50,768 bases of DNA from assembly GCA_038321865.1 (NCBI GenBank), contig JBBQFH010000023.1, positions 1 through 50,768 of the forward strand, in the 5' to 3' direction. Positions within the stretch are counted from its first letter, which is position 1. Every line of letters begins with the position of its first letter. Source of the stretch: Gemmatimonadales bacterium (lineage in GTDB: Bacteria; Gemmatimonadota; Gemmatimonadetes; Gemmatimonadales; GWC2-71-9). The position numbers and the translations under genes were made by a program. This document shows, piece after piece, positions 37,698 through 47,153 of the stretch. The notes under the pieces are model-generated. The model saw only the letters and a list, made by a program, of their open reading frames with translations. It was not told the origin of the DNA and ran no database searches.

Positions 37698-37730
37698 AGT
37701 CTAAAAACAGAAACCGAACAAATACCGAAG
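37698..37730 (-). promoter_or_regulatory. Candidate SOS promoter: -10 TAGACT plus direct-repeat operator CTTC-N7-GTTC
   Basis: Plus strand ACCGAA-CAAAT-ACCGAA (37713-37729) in an AT-rich patch just upstream of imuA. Confidence 0.55.
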
Positions 37731-37773
37731 ATCCAGAATACCAGCCACCCCCGCACCTCACAAGGTCAGGGGA

Positions 37774-39459
37774 TCAGATCGGCCGCCACTCCTGCTCGCC
37801 GATCCCGGCGAAGGACGACCCTTCCGGCCGGGTCGGCGGAGGCAACTCGCTCAGCAGCGGCACCGACTCGGCCCGGGCGGCCTCCGCCAGCGCAGGTCTT
37901 GCGGCACCGGTCGACTCGGGCAGCTCGATCCAGAACCGGCTGCCCCAGCCCGGCTCCGACTGCAGCCCAAGCCGCCCGCCCATCCGCTCGACCGCTGCCC
38001 GCACCACCGCCAGGCCGACGCCGTTGCCGGGATAGGCCTCGGCTTCGGGCAGGCGCTCGAAGAGACGAAACAGCCGGCGCTCCTGACCGGCGGCGATGCC
38101 GATGCCGTTGTCCTCCACCGAGAGCCGGGCCCGGCCATCCACCTGCTCGAGCCACAGCAGCACGCGTGGCGGCACGTCGGCCGGTACGTACTTGATCGCG
38201 TTGCCGATGAGATGGGTGACGGCGAGCGTGAGCAGCTGGCGATCGCCGGTGACGGGACCGGGCGCGGGCTGCGCGACGATGCGCACCCGGGCGCCGCTGG
38301 TCGAGAGTCCCGGCTCCAGGCTCTGGAGCGCATCGCGAACCACTTCGTCGAGCTGCACCTCATCGAGCTTGACGGGCCCCCGGAGCACGTGCGAATACTC
38401 CAGCAGCGCCTGGATGCGGTCGTCCATCTGCTGGGCGGCGCCGAGCACGCGGCTGCCATACTCATCGTTGGCCCGGCGGCGCGGCTCGTCCGGGCCGGCC
38501 ACCATGAACCAGACGTACTCGCGGATCGCCGCGAGCGGCGCACGCAGCGTGTCGATCACGTCGGGGTCGAACACCAGCGGCTCCCCGGGCTTCGCCGCCG
38601 GTGGAGCGGGGGCGGGCGGCGTGGCGCCGTTGCCGTTCGCCATCACCTGCGCCACCGTCACGGCGACGAAGCGTCCACCCCGCACCGTATCGACCGGGGA
38701 ATACTGTTCGACATACGCCTTCTCGCCGCCGCGCCCGTCCGGCATGGTGCCGAGCCGGGTGACCGTCTCGCCGTGGTCCTGGGTGCGCGCCACCAGGGCC
38801 GGGTCGAGAAACGAGGCGGCGGGCCGCAGCTCGTCACCCCTGCCGCGGTCACCGAGCGCGACGCCGGTCATGGTCGCAAGGGAGCGATTCCACCAGACGA
38901 GATTGGTCTGCTGGTCCACGATCGCCACGCCCTGTGCCACCGAGTCGAGGGCGGCTTCGAGCAGCTCCAGCGCCGCTGAGTTGTCGGTCGCAGTGCGCCG
39001 GAGATCCTCGTAGAGCCGGCCGATCTCGCCGGTCTCGTCGGCCCGGCGCGACGCATCGCTGGTGACGAGTGCCGAGCGCCGCTCGGCCGTCGCGGCGGCA
39101 CTGAGCGCAGTCTCCACCCGGGCGCTGAGCCACTCCACGCTGGACGAGATCAGGAAGACAAGCGAGACGAGAATGGTGCCGAGGATGAGGACGCCGATCA
39201 CCGTGGGTGTCGGGGCTCCCGCGTACGGAGCCGCGACGCCCACGTAGGCCAGCGCCAGGGCGACGCCGATCAGGCCGCTGGTGATCCGCCCGCGGAGCGC
39301 GCAGAACGCAACGGCGAGACAGAGAAAGGGGACGGGATCGAGCGCGATCACCCCGAAGTACGCCACGGCCCACAATGCGACACACAGCAACAGGGTGAGC
39401 AGCGGGCCCACGAGGATGGACCACAGGCTCCGGCCCGGCAGTTCACGATCCGCAACCAT
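37774..39459 (-). CDS. Membrane sensor histidine kinase-like protein (TM region, PAS-like domain, degenerate HisKA, HATPase_c)
   Basis: N box LIGNAIKY, G1 EDNGIGI, F box LFERL and G2 GNGVGLA. The H box reads VIDTLRAPL with no His. GGGAG SD before ATG 39459. Confidence 0.85.
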   Translation of the reverse strand: MVADRELPGRSLWSILVGPLLTLLLCVALWAVAYFGVIALDPVPFLCLAVAFCALRGRITSGLIGVALALAYVGVAAPYAGAPTPTVIGVLILGTILVSLVFLISSSVEWLSARVETALSAAATAERRSALVTSDASRRADETGEIGRLYEDLRRTATDNSAALELLEAALDSVAQGVAIVDQQTNLVWWNRSLATMTGVALGDRGRGDELRPAASFLDPALVARTQDHGETVTRLGTMPDGRGGEKAYVEQYSPVDTVRGGRFVAVTVAQVMANGNGATPPAPAPPAAKPGEPLVFDPDVIDTLRAPLAAIREYVWFMVAGPDEPRRRANDEYGSRVLGAAQQMDDRIQALLEYSHVLRGPVKLDEVQLDEVVRDALQSLEPGLSTSGARVRIVAQPAPGPVTGDRQLLTLAVTHLIGNAIKYVPADVPPRVLLWLEQVDGRARLSVEDNGIGIAAGQERRLFRLFERLPEAEAYPGNGVGLAVVRAAVERMGGRLGLQSEPGWGSRFWIELPESTGAARPALAEAARAESVPLLSELPPPTRPEGSSFAGIGEQEWRPI

Positions 39460-39571
39460 GTACGACTCCCGGCACAAGCGCGGCCGCCGGTTCGACCAGA
39501 TGTCCCGCCTGGCGGCGCGCCTCAGCGGTTAATCTCTCCTCCCCGGCCAGAAGCGCAACACCCGGCCCGGC

Positions 39572-40819
39572 TCAAAGTCCCGACATGGCCTGGATGGGGT
39601 CCAGCCGGGCGGCCCGCCGGGCCGGGTACCAGCCGAACAGGAGGCCCACCACCAGCGAGAAGCCGATCGCCGTCACGACGCCGGGCATGCTGAGCGGAAT
39701 ATCGAAGTGCTTCCCGAAATGCGCGCCGATGAGTCGGGTGACCACGATCAGGCCAGTCCCTCCGGCGACCCCCAGGACGGCACCGAGCGCCGCCAGCGTC
39801 AGGGACTCGGCCAGGAACAGCCGCAGGATCGCGCCGTCGTCCGCCCCGAGGGCCTTGCGGACGCCGATTTCACGTACTCGTTCCCGGACCGAGATGAGCA
39901 GCACACTGAACAACCCGATCCCGCCGACCAGCAGCGTCACGATCGATATCGCGAGCATGACGCCGTTCCAGCCGCCGAGGACGCCATCGGCCATCGCGAG
40001 GTCACTCAGGACATCGGCTGCCTCGTTGTCGATCTCGAAGTCATCGGCCCCGCCGTGGCGCTGCCGAACGAGCGCGGTTGCGCGCTGAAGCAGCCGAGGA
40101 AAGTCCGCCCCGGATCGCGCGGTCACCAGAATACGGGCGACGCGGCCCGAGCCGTTGTAGTACCGGGTGACGTAGGTGAACGGCACGTACACCCGGCGGG
40201 CGTTCCCGCTGAAGTCCGCCGGCACCATTCCGAGGCGCATTGGCTCCAGCACGCCGATCACGCGAAAACGCACGCCGTCCACCCGGAGCTCCCGGCCAAT
40301 CGGATCCAGTGTGCCGAAGAGGTCGTCCAGCAGCAACTTGCCGACGATGGCGACACGTGCGGCCCCGGCGACCTCGAGCTGGGAGAACCCGCGGCCCTCA
40401 GTGATGCGGAAGCTGCGCTGCTCGAGGTAGCCGTAATCGACGCCGTCGGTGCTCACCTCGCGCCGCCCCTTGGGTCCTTCGATGAGCCGGCGGCCGGAAT
40501 AGGCCATCCCGCGCACGCTCTCGACGTCGGGCAGCGCGGCAAGCGCCGCCAGATCCCCCAGCCGGAGATGCGGCTCCCGGAGTGCCGCCGCGGTGCGCGC
40601 GTCGCTGCGAGCTCCGCGGTCCAGCACGGTGAAGCTGCGGGGAAATCCCATGTTGCGCAGATCGGTGTACGCCATCGTCTGCAGCCCGCGCGCGAGCGAC
40701 GTCATCGAGACGAGCGATGCCGCGCCGAACACGATGCCCGACAGGGTGAGCAGGGACCGCAGCGGATGGGCTCCGATTTCCCGGAGCGCGTCGAGCACCA
40801 GCTCCATGGCGTCGCTCAC
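39572..40819 (-). CDS. ABC transporter permease, MacB/FtsX type
   Basis: RSLLTLSGIVFG, large periplasmic domain, LLVGGIG...SVRERVREIGVRKALGA and YPARRAARLDPI. Confidence 0.9.
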   Translation of the reverse strand: MSDAMELVLDALREIGAHPLRSLLTLSGIVFGAASLVSMTSLARGLQTMAYTDLRNMGFPRSFTVLDRGARSDARTAAALREPHLRLGDLAALAALPDVESVRGMAYSGRRLIEGPKGRREVSTDGVDYGYLEQRSFRITEGRGFSQLEVAGAARVAIVGKLLLDDLFGTLDPIGRELRVDGVRFRVIGVLEPMRLGMVPADFSGNARRVYVPFTYVTRYYNGSGRVARILVTARSGADFPRLLQRATALVRQRHGGADDFEIDNEAADVLSDLAMADGVLGGWNGVMLAISIVTLLVGGIGLFSVLLISVRERVREIGVRKALGADDGAILRLFLAESLTLAALGAVLGVAGGTGLIVVTRLIGAHFGKHFDIPLSMPGVVTAIGFSLVVGLLFGWYPARRAARLDPIQAMSGL

Positions 40820-40825
40820 CGTACC

Positions 40826-42052
40826 TCACCCATGGGCCAGCGCCTCCACCGGGGACAGCCGGGCGGCGCGGATCGCGGGAAACAGACCGGCGATCAGGCC
40901 GACCGCCGTCGCCGTGCCCGTCGCGAGCAGCGCAATGGCGGGTGTGACGACCGCGGGCATCTTCATGAAGTGCCCAACGATGCCGGTCAGGCCCGCACCG
41001 AGCGCCAGCCCCAGCACGCCGCCGATCAGCGTCACGACCAGCACCTCCGCGAGGACCTGCGCGAAGATCCCGCCGGCCGTCGCGCCGAGTGCCATGCGGC
41101 AGCCGAACTCGCGCACCCGCTCGACCACCGACGCGAGCAGGATGTTCGCGATCACGACGCCACCGGTAAAGAGCGAAACCGCACCCACGACGAGGAAGAT
41201 GAAGTTGAACAGCAGCAGGAACTGGCCGGTCTGCTTGCCCGCGTCCTGTCCCGAGGGCTGCACGTCGAAATCCTCGCTCCCGTGCCGGGCGTAGAGGAGG
41301 GACCGCACCTCCGACCTGGCGCCTTCCACGCCAACGGCCGGGCCCGCCTTGACGGTCATGAAGTCGAGCCGGTCATCCGCGGCGAACTGGAGTACGGCGG
41401 TGGAGACGGGGATGTAGGCCCGCTCGTTGCGGTACTCGACCGAATTGCCGGCCCACGACGCAAAGTAGAATTCCTCGCGCTGCAGCACGCCGACGACAGT
41501 GAATGACTTGCCGCCGAGGCTGATGACCCGTCCCAGCGCCTTCGGTGCGGCGCCGAACAGCGAGTCCGCGTACTTCCAGCCCAGCACGGCAACGCGACTC
41601 CGGGTCGCGACATCGAGGTCGCTCAGGAAGCGTCCGACCAGCGGACGGACGTCGTTCACCACAGCATAGTCGGGAACCGTGCCCACGACTTCGCCGTCGA
41701 AGCTCGAGCCGGCGATGCGATAGGCCAGCTGCTGCTGCCACCCGGGGACGACGGCGCGGAGGCCGCCGGCGTGCCGCTTCAGAAACGAGGCGTCCCGCAG
41801 CGTGAGCCGGGTGGACGCGAGCGCCCGTGCGGTGGGGTTGGCTGCCTGGTCGCGATTGTTGACGACCAGCGTGCCGACCCCCCCGACTTCATCGAGGTAT
41901 TTCTGGGTGAGCGCCGCCTGACCGCCGAACAGCGCGAGCACCGTGACGATGCTGGCGGTGCCGAGAATGAGGCCGAGGAGCGACAGCACGGTCTGTCCCC
42001 AGTGACGGCGAGCTTCGTCGAGCCCGGTGAGGAGCGACTCGAGAACATTCAC
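40826..42052 (-). CDS. ABC transporter permease, MacB/FtsX type
   Basis: TVLSLLGLILG, SVVERVREFG.RMALGA and FPAIRAARLSPVEAL. GTG overlaps the ATPase stop. Confidence 0.9.
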   Translation of the reverse strand: MNVLESLLTGLDEARRHWGQTVLSLLGLILGTASIVTVLALFGGQAALTQKYLDEVGGVGTLVVNNRDQAANPTARALASTRLTLRDASFLKRHAGGLRAVVPGWQQQLAYRIAGSSFDGEVVGTVPDYAVVNDVRPLVGRFLSDLDVATRSRVAVLGWKYADSLFGAAPKALGRVISLGGKSFTVVGVLQREEFYFASWAGNSVEYRNERAYIPVSTAVLQFAADDRLDFMTVKAGPAVGVEGARSEVRSLLYARHGSEDFDVQPSGQDAGKQTGQFLLLFNFIFLVVGAVSLFTGGVVIANILLASVVERVREFGCRMALGATAGGIFAQVLAEVLVVTLIGGVLGLALGAGLTGIVGHFMKMPAVVTPAIALLATGTATAVGLIAGLFPAIRAARLSPVEALAHG

Positions 42053-42717
42053 GTCACGACTCTGCCGTCGGCGATGTGCACCGTGCGCTGGGCCCGTGCG
42101 GCCACGCCGGGATCGTGAGTCACGAGGACGATCGTATGGCCGGCCGCGTGCAGCTCGTCGAATGTGGCGAGGACATTGGCGCCCGCGATCGAGTCGAGAT
42201 TGCCGGTCGGCTCGTCCGCCATGATGATCGCCGGCTCGCCCACCAGCGCGCGGGCGATGGCCACCCGCTGCCGCTGTCCGCCGGACAGCTCGTCGGGGCG
42301 GTGGCCGATGCGATCCCCCAGCCCCAGCCGGTCCAGCAGGCGGAGCGCCCGGGCGCGCCGGTCGGCGCGGCTGATGCCGCCCCGGTACTTGAGCGGCAGC
42401 GCCACGTTCTCTTCCACCGTCAGCCGGGGCATGAGATTGAACGTCTGAAAGACGAACCCCACCTTCCGGTTGCGCACCCGCGCCAGCGCCTTGCCCCGCA
42501 GCCGGCTCACCTCCTCGCCGTCGATCGCGTACGTACCGGACGTCGCGGTGTCCAGGCAACCCAGCACATGCATGAGCGTGCTCTTCCCGGAGCCCGACGG
42601 ACCGGTGATCGCGATGAACTCTCCGGCCGCGACCTCGATGTCCACGCCCCGGAGCGCCGCCACGTCCACCCGACCCAGCCGGTAGGTCTTCGTGAGATTC
42701 GCGGCCGCGATCAGCAT
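42049..42717 (-). CDS. ABC transporter ATP-binding protein, LolD/MacB type
   Basis: [33 protein letters not shown] and VTHD. ATG overlaps the upstream stop (TGATG). Confidence 0.95.
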   Translation of the reverse strand: MLIAAANLTKTYRLGRVDVAALRGVDIEVAAGEFIAITGPSGSGKSTLMHVLGCLDTATSGTYAIDGEEVSRLRGKALARVRNRKVGFVFQTFNLMPRLTVEENVALPLKYRGGISRADRRARALRLLDRLGLGDRIGHRPDELSGGQRQRVAIARALVGEPAIIMADEPTGNLDSIAGANVLATFDELHAAGHTIVLVTHDPGVAARAQRTVHIADGRVVT

Positions 42718-43829
42718 CAGCGCCGCCGCGCCGGATTGGCGGCGCGCTCGGCGGCGGCGGCAGGATCCTCCAGGGCAATCGAATCCCCGGCGGCGAGGCC
42801 GGAGAGAATTTCGACGTGACTGAGATCCCCCAGCCCCAGCGTCACGGACGTCCGCACGGTACCGCTCGGCCCCAGGCGATACACGACCGGCTGTCCCTCC
42901 TCGATCAGCACCGCCTCGACGGGTACCCGCGTGACGCCCCGCCTGGCCGGACCGGTGATGCGGACGTTGGCCGTCATTCCCGGGCGCAGCACCCCTCCGC
43001 TGCCACTGGCGCGGATCTCGACATCGAAGACGCGGACCCGATCCTGCTGCCGCGCGGCCGGCGGAACCAGGCGGACGATGCCGGCGACCGTGTCTCCCGG
43101 AAACGCATCGACCGTCAACGCCACCCTGTCCCCCACCTTGACCTTCCCGATGTCGACTTCGTTGATCGCCGCCTTGACGCGCAACGTGGAGAGGTCGGCG
43201 ATCGTGAACAGCTCGGTGCCGCCGCCGAACGCGCTGGTCCCACCGACAACGGTTTCGCCTTCCTCCACGCCGCGCTTGATGATCACCCCCGCGGCCGGCG
43301 CCGTGATGGCGGCCCACTGGGCGCCGGCGCCGCCCTTCACCCCGCTGCGCTGCACCAGCTGGAGCTGGTTCCGGGCGGTGCGCAGCTGATTGTCCGTCTG
43401 GTCCATGGCGAGGCGCCGTGCGTCGAGTTCGGACTGAGTGATGCCGCCGCCACGGGCCAGCTCCTGCGCGCGGCCATACTCGCGCTCAGCGTTGGAGCGC
43501 GCGATCTCGGCGGCCGCGATCGCGCTGCCGATCTGGGCGAAGCTGTTGGCCTGGGCGATGTCCGGAACGATCTGGGCGAGCGGCTGGCCCGGCCGGACCC
43601 GGTCGCCCTCACGCGCGCTGAGCGTGCGCACCACACCGGAGATGGGCGACTTGACCACGATCTGCCGCTCGGGCTCGACGACCCCTGTCTCCTCCACGGC
43701 CACCTGCACCTCACCGCGATCGACGGCGCCTACCTTGTATGCGCGGGACGACCCGCCGCGGTCCCCCGTCGAGCCGGCACAGCCGGCGACCAGAACCGCA
43801 AGCGCGACAGGCGAGCGATGCAGCTGCAT
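42717..43829 (-). CDS. Periplasmic adaptor (membrane fusion protein, MacA-like), probable lipoprotein
   Basis: Lipobox-like VAG-C, VKSPISG...EGDRV..GQ.L, ITAP..G, INEVDIGKV and LRPGMTANV. Confidence 0.9.
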   Translation of the reverse strand: MQLHRSPVALAVLVAGCAGSTGDRGGSSRAYKVGAVDRGEVQVAVEETGVVEPERQIVVKSPISGVVRTLSAREGDRVRPGQPLAQIVPDIAQANSFAQIGSAIAAAEIARSNAEREYGRAQELARGGGITQSELDARRLAMDQTDNQLRTARNQLQLVQRSGVKGGAGAQWAAITAPAAGVIIKRGVEEGETVVGGTSAFGGGTELFTIADLSTLRVKAAINEVDIGKVKVGDRVALTVDAFPGDTVAGIVRLVPPAARQQDRVRVFDVEIRASGSGGVLRPGMTANVRITGPARRGVTRVPVEAVLIEEGQPVVYRLGPSGTVRTSVTLGLGDLSHVEILSGLAAGDSIALEDPAAAAERAANPARRR

Positions 43830-43869
43830 GCGACAGACTCCGGCGCGGGGGTGGCGAACGAGTCACCAT

Positions 43870-43895
43870 GACGCACGAGCAACCGATAAAGTTCC
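43870..43895 (-). promoter_or_regulatory. Candidate ECF-sigma promoter for the ABC exporter operon
   Basis: Minus strand GGAAC-N17-CGTC about 40 nt upstream of the adaptor ATG. Confidence 0.5.
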
Positions 43896-44074
43896 AAAGT
43901 GATACGCGAATTCCCCATGCTATTCCTTGCGCGACTCTCGCGTTTGACCAGAGGCGGCCGGGGTCGAATCCGCGGGTCCCGCCGGGCGGCGACGATCGGG
44001 CACGATCGCGCAAGCGGCGTCCCGTCAACACGTTGTGGATGTCGCGGCAAGGCATCGACGGTGCCGTGCCGCGG

Positions 44075-44091
44075 TGGGCACGAATCTCGCC
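44075..44091 (+). promoter_or_regulatory. Candidate sigma54 (-24/-12) promoter
   Basis: GGGCACG-AATC-TCGC gives GG-N10-GC with CACG, about 65 nt upstream of ATG 44154. Confidence 0.4.
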
Positions 44092-44153
44092 TCGGGGGAG
44101 AATCGACCGATGTTCTCGTCTGCGCCAATCGCGACATCACTTCGAGTGTGCCC

Positions 44154-45665
44154 ATGTACCGAATCGAGCTCGCCCCGGGCGAGGAAGCCCTGTTCAAGTC
44201 GATCGACGAGATGGCTGCCGGCATCGCCAACGGCGTCATCAGCTCGCAGGCGCGCATCTGGCACCAGACGAGCAACAAGTGGCTTCCGATCGAGTTCCAC
44301 CCCCACTACAAGATCGCGCTGACCAAGGGACCGCAGACCGCGCCGAAGGCCGACTATCTGGAAGCGCCCGCCGTGGCCGGTCCGGCCGCGATGGCGGCGC
44401 CGGCGCCGGCCTTCGAGAAGCCGGTGCGCCGCACGGAGGCTCCGGCGGTGCCGAAGCCGATTTTCGACCTCCCGGCCGCGAAGCCGCTGTTCGAACGTCC
44501 GGCCGCGGCGGCGCCGACGCCTTACGCTGCACCGGCGCCGAAGGCCGCGGCGGACGCTCCGCCGATGCTGCTCCAGAACGAGATGCTCAGCGTGATGGAC
44601 GCCGTGATGCTCGCGCCGGAGCCCCCGCGCGATCGCCTGATCGACCGCCAGCCTGCACCGATGATGGAACCCGCCGCCGAACCAGACAGTTTCGAGACGG
44701 CCGGCTCGATCGATTATCTCGAGATTCATCCTTCCCGCGGGCGCGGGCGGACCTGGACGGTTGGTCTCGTCGCCGCGGCGGCCGTCGTGCTGCTCGGTGG
44801 CGGGGCAGCGTTCTCGGCGTTCCGGTCCCGGAGCGGGGCGGCGCAACCCAGGACGGCGGCGGGGAGCCCGGCAAGCTACGGTGCGCGCTCCGGCATCCCG
44901 GCCAATACCTCGACGCCATCGTTCGGCTCCAACGACAGCCGGTCCACGGACGACGTGGCGCTTCCCGCTCCCAAGGCGGCTGAGAAGGACGTCCCGAAGA
45001 TCACCGACGCGCCGCACATTGTGGATGCGCCGCGGGTATCGGTGGCGAGCCTGGGCCTTTCCGATGCAGACCGCCCGGCGTCGGACCGGCCGAGTGGCAT
45101 GACCCCGTCGGTGCTGGTGGCGCACTACAGCGCGGCGTACGAAGCGGCACGAGCAGATCTCGACCGCGGCATGCGGCTCGCCGGCCTCGGCAGCATCTTC
45201 GCTGCATCGCGCCTGAGCGCCGGGCAGGTGGCCAACGCCCGAACCACCGTGGCGGGCGCCGCCAATCTGGTGCGGATCTATCGGCGGCGCAGCGCGGCGA
45301 TCGAACAGACCTACCGCGATTCCGTCAGCCTGCTCACCCGCCAGATCGGTTGGAGCCCGGCCCAGATCGCGGTCTGGGAAAACCGGCCGACGCAGCTCGA
45401 GTCCTCGGAATCTGCGGCGCTCGCGAACTCGCTGCTCGACACCATGGACGGCGTGCTCGGCTCGCTCAGCGCGCACGAGGGCGGCTATGATCTGAACGGC
45501 GGGTCGGTGGTGTTCCGTGATGCGGCGGCGGCGCGAGAGTACGGCGCGGCGCGGCGCCGGCTCGCCGGCCTTGCGGATGGCGGCGCCGACTCGGGCACGC
45601 CGGCGGGACGGATCCTTCGGGCGCTGGCCGGTGCACAGCCGCCGGAGGAGCAGACCGGCTCCTGA
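44154..45665 (+). CDS. Bitopic membrane protein of unknown function (small N-terminal domain, Pro/Ala linker, one TM helix, helical C-terminal domain)
   Basis: Start taken at MYRIEL. TM segment WTVGLVAAAAVVLLGGGAAFSAF. Followed by a terminator. Confidence 0.75.
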   Translation: MYRIELAPGEEALFKSIDEMAAGIANGVISSQARIWHQTSNKWLPIEFHPHYKIALTKGPQTAPKADYLEAPAVAGPAAMAAPAPAFEKPVRRTEAPAVPKPIFDLPAAKPLFERPAAAAPTPYAAPAPKAAADAPPMLLQNEMLSVMDAVMLAPEPPRDRLIDRQPAPMMEPAAEPDSFETAGSIDYLEIHPSRGRGRTWTVGLVAAAAVVLLGGGAAFSAFRSRSGAAQPRTAAGSPASYGARSGIPANTSTPSFGSNDSRSTDDVALPAPKAAEKDVPKITDAPHIVDAPRVSVASLGLSDADRPASDRPSGMTPSVLVAHYSAAYEAARADLDRGMRLAGLGSIFAASRLSAGQVANARTTVAGAANLVRIYRRRSAAIEQTYRDSVSLLTRQIGWSPAQIAVWENRPTQLESSESAALANSLLDTMDGVLGSLSAHEGGYDLNGGSVVFRDAAAAREYGAARRRLAGLADGGADSGTPAGRILRALAGAQPPEEQTGS

Positions 45666-45688
45666 ATCGGGTCACACAGCTGGTCCAG

Positions 45689-45724
45689 AGCGGGGCGCCT
45701 CGACGAGGCGCCCCGCTTTCGTTT
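45689..45724 (+). terminator. Rho-independent terminator
   Basis: AGCGGGGCGCCTC-GAC-GAGGCGCCCCGCT followed by TTCGTTT. Confidence 0.8.
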
Positions 45725-45854
45725 GAATCCGATCGCCGAAACGTGATAGAGCGCACGGTTCCACCCCCCCGGATGCCCTAGCTTGCAGTCTGATCTGGCT
45801 GGAACCAGTTAAGTCGTTCATGTGCTTTGCCTTACACACTTTGGGGGAATAGCT

Positions 45855-46478
45855 ATGCGTACACTCAAGCTGAGCGGACTGGCTGCGGCGGCTCTCGCCT
45901 TCGGCCTTGGCGCCTGCTCCAAGACCACTTATGAGAATCCGACGCCGACCGCGAGCACGGGCGCGACGGTGACGACCACCACTACCGCGAACGTGGATAC
46001 GACCGCCGCCCGAAAGGATTCGACGGTGGGTTACCAGGCTTCCGGCACCACGTCGACGACCTCCACCACCGTCGTTACGACGCCGTCGACCACGACGACG
46101 GCCACGATGCCGTCCACGAGCGTGACCGCCAGCACGAACGGGGCGCGGACGCTGCAGCTCGCGTCGGTCAACGGCTCGGCATTTACCGGGATGGTCACGC
46201 TGTCCGATCTGGGCAACAAGACCCGCGTCGCCGTGACCCTCAACGCGCCGGCCAACACCAACTCGAGCTCGGACCACAACAGCAGCATCCGGACTGGCAG
46301 CTGCGCCGCCCCGGGCGCCAAGGTGGTCGGGTTGAATGACACCGAAGGCAACGGCAAGGCGTCGAACACGGAAGTCAATTACACCATGGCACAGCTGACC
46401 GACGGCCAGCACATCGTCGTGGTCAACGAGAACCCCGGTGACCGCGCGGTAGCCTGCGTCGCGATCCCTACTCGCTAA
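45855..46478 (+). CDS. Lipoprotein with Thr-rich linker and a CHRD/Cu-SOD-like domain lacking the His motif
   Basis: Lipobox LGA-C. Aligns by eye with the downstream paralog (ART.QL.S.N.S...G.V.L, TG.CAAPG, DGQHIV, AC). Confidence 0.75.
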   Translation: MRTLKLSGLAAAALAFGLGACSKTTYENPTPTASTGATVTTTTTANVDTTAARKDSTVGYQASGTTSTTSTTVVTTPSTTTTATMPSTSVTASTNGARTLQLASVNGSAFTGMVTLSDLGNKTRVAVTLNAPANTNSSSDHNSSIRTGSCAAPGAKVVGLNDTEGNGKASNTEVNYTMAQLTDGQHIVVVNENPGDRAVACVAIPTR

Positions 46479-46488
46479 GGTGGGCCTC

Positions 46489-46980
46489 ATGCATACTCGA
46501 CACTTGCTCGCAAGCCTGGCGGTCGCCGCCGGGCTGGGCGCCTGTCACAGCAGCAGTTACGGCGCCGGCGACACGCCGTCGCCCTCGTCCGGCTACAAGG
46601 CGTCCGGCTCCGACAGCACCGCGATGGCCGGCGCGCGCACCTTTCAGCTTCAGTCGGCGAACAACTCCGGCGTGACCGGGTCGGTGATGCTGCACCCCAA
46701 CGGCAGCCAGACCACGGTCATGCTGAACCTCACGCCGCCGGCCGGCGGCACGGCCAGCGGGTCGCACGTGGCGCACATTCACACCGGCACCTGCGCCGCG
46801 CCGGGGCCGGTCGTGGCTCCGCTCGGCACCGTCACGGCGAGCGGGAACGCCTACACCGCCAGCACCAGCAACGTGGCCATCGCGATGTCAGCCCTGCTCG
46901 ACGGGCAGCACATCGTCGCTGCGCACGCGTCGGATGAAACCACCCCGACGATTGCCTGCACGGCGCTGTCGGGGATGTAG
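46489..46980 (+). CDS. Lipoprotein with CHRD/Cu-SOD-like His/Cys domain
   Basis: Lipobox LGA-C, HVAHIHTGTC, HIVAAH and IAC. Confidence 0.75.
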   Translation: MHTRHLLASLAVAAGLGACHSSSYGAGDTPSPSSGYKASGSDSTAMAGARTFQLQSANNSGVTGSVMLHPNGSQTTVMLNLTPPAGGTASGSHVAHIHTGTCAAPGPVVAPLGTVTASGNAYTASTSNVAIAMSALLDGQHIVAAHASDETTPTIACTALSGM

Positions 46981-47003
46981 TCACAGGGATTTTGCAGCGA
47001 CGG

Positions 47004-47042
47004 GGGCGGCCGGCGAGAATTTCGCCGGCCGCCCTTTCGTTT
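47004..47042 (+). terminator. Rho-independent terminator
   Basis: GGGCGGCCGGCGA-GAATT-TCGCCGGCCGCCC followed by TTTCGTTT. Confidence 0.8.
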
Positions 47043-47153
47043 GCCGCAACTTTTCGCCCGCCGGCTCCGTCTATACGTGGCCCGGCTTCGGGATTACGTT
47101 ACCGATTCCCTCGTCAGCGCTTCCAGACCGAGACCCGCCAGCGGAGTACGCCT

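Noticed and set aside
42053..43317. Long N-terminal extensions of the permease and ATPase ORFs suggesting fusions
   Set aside because: They are off-frame overlaps with upstream genes. Clean stop/start overlaps define the real starts.
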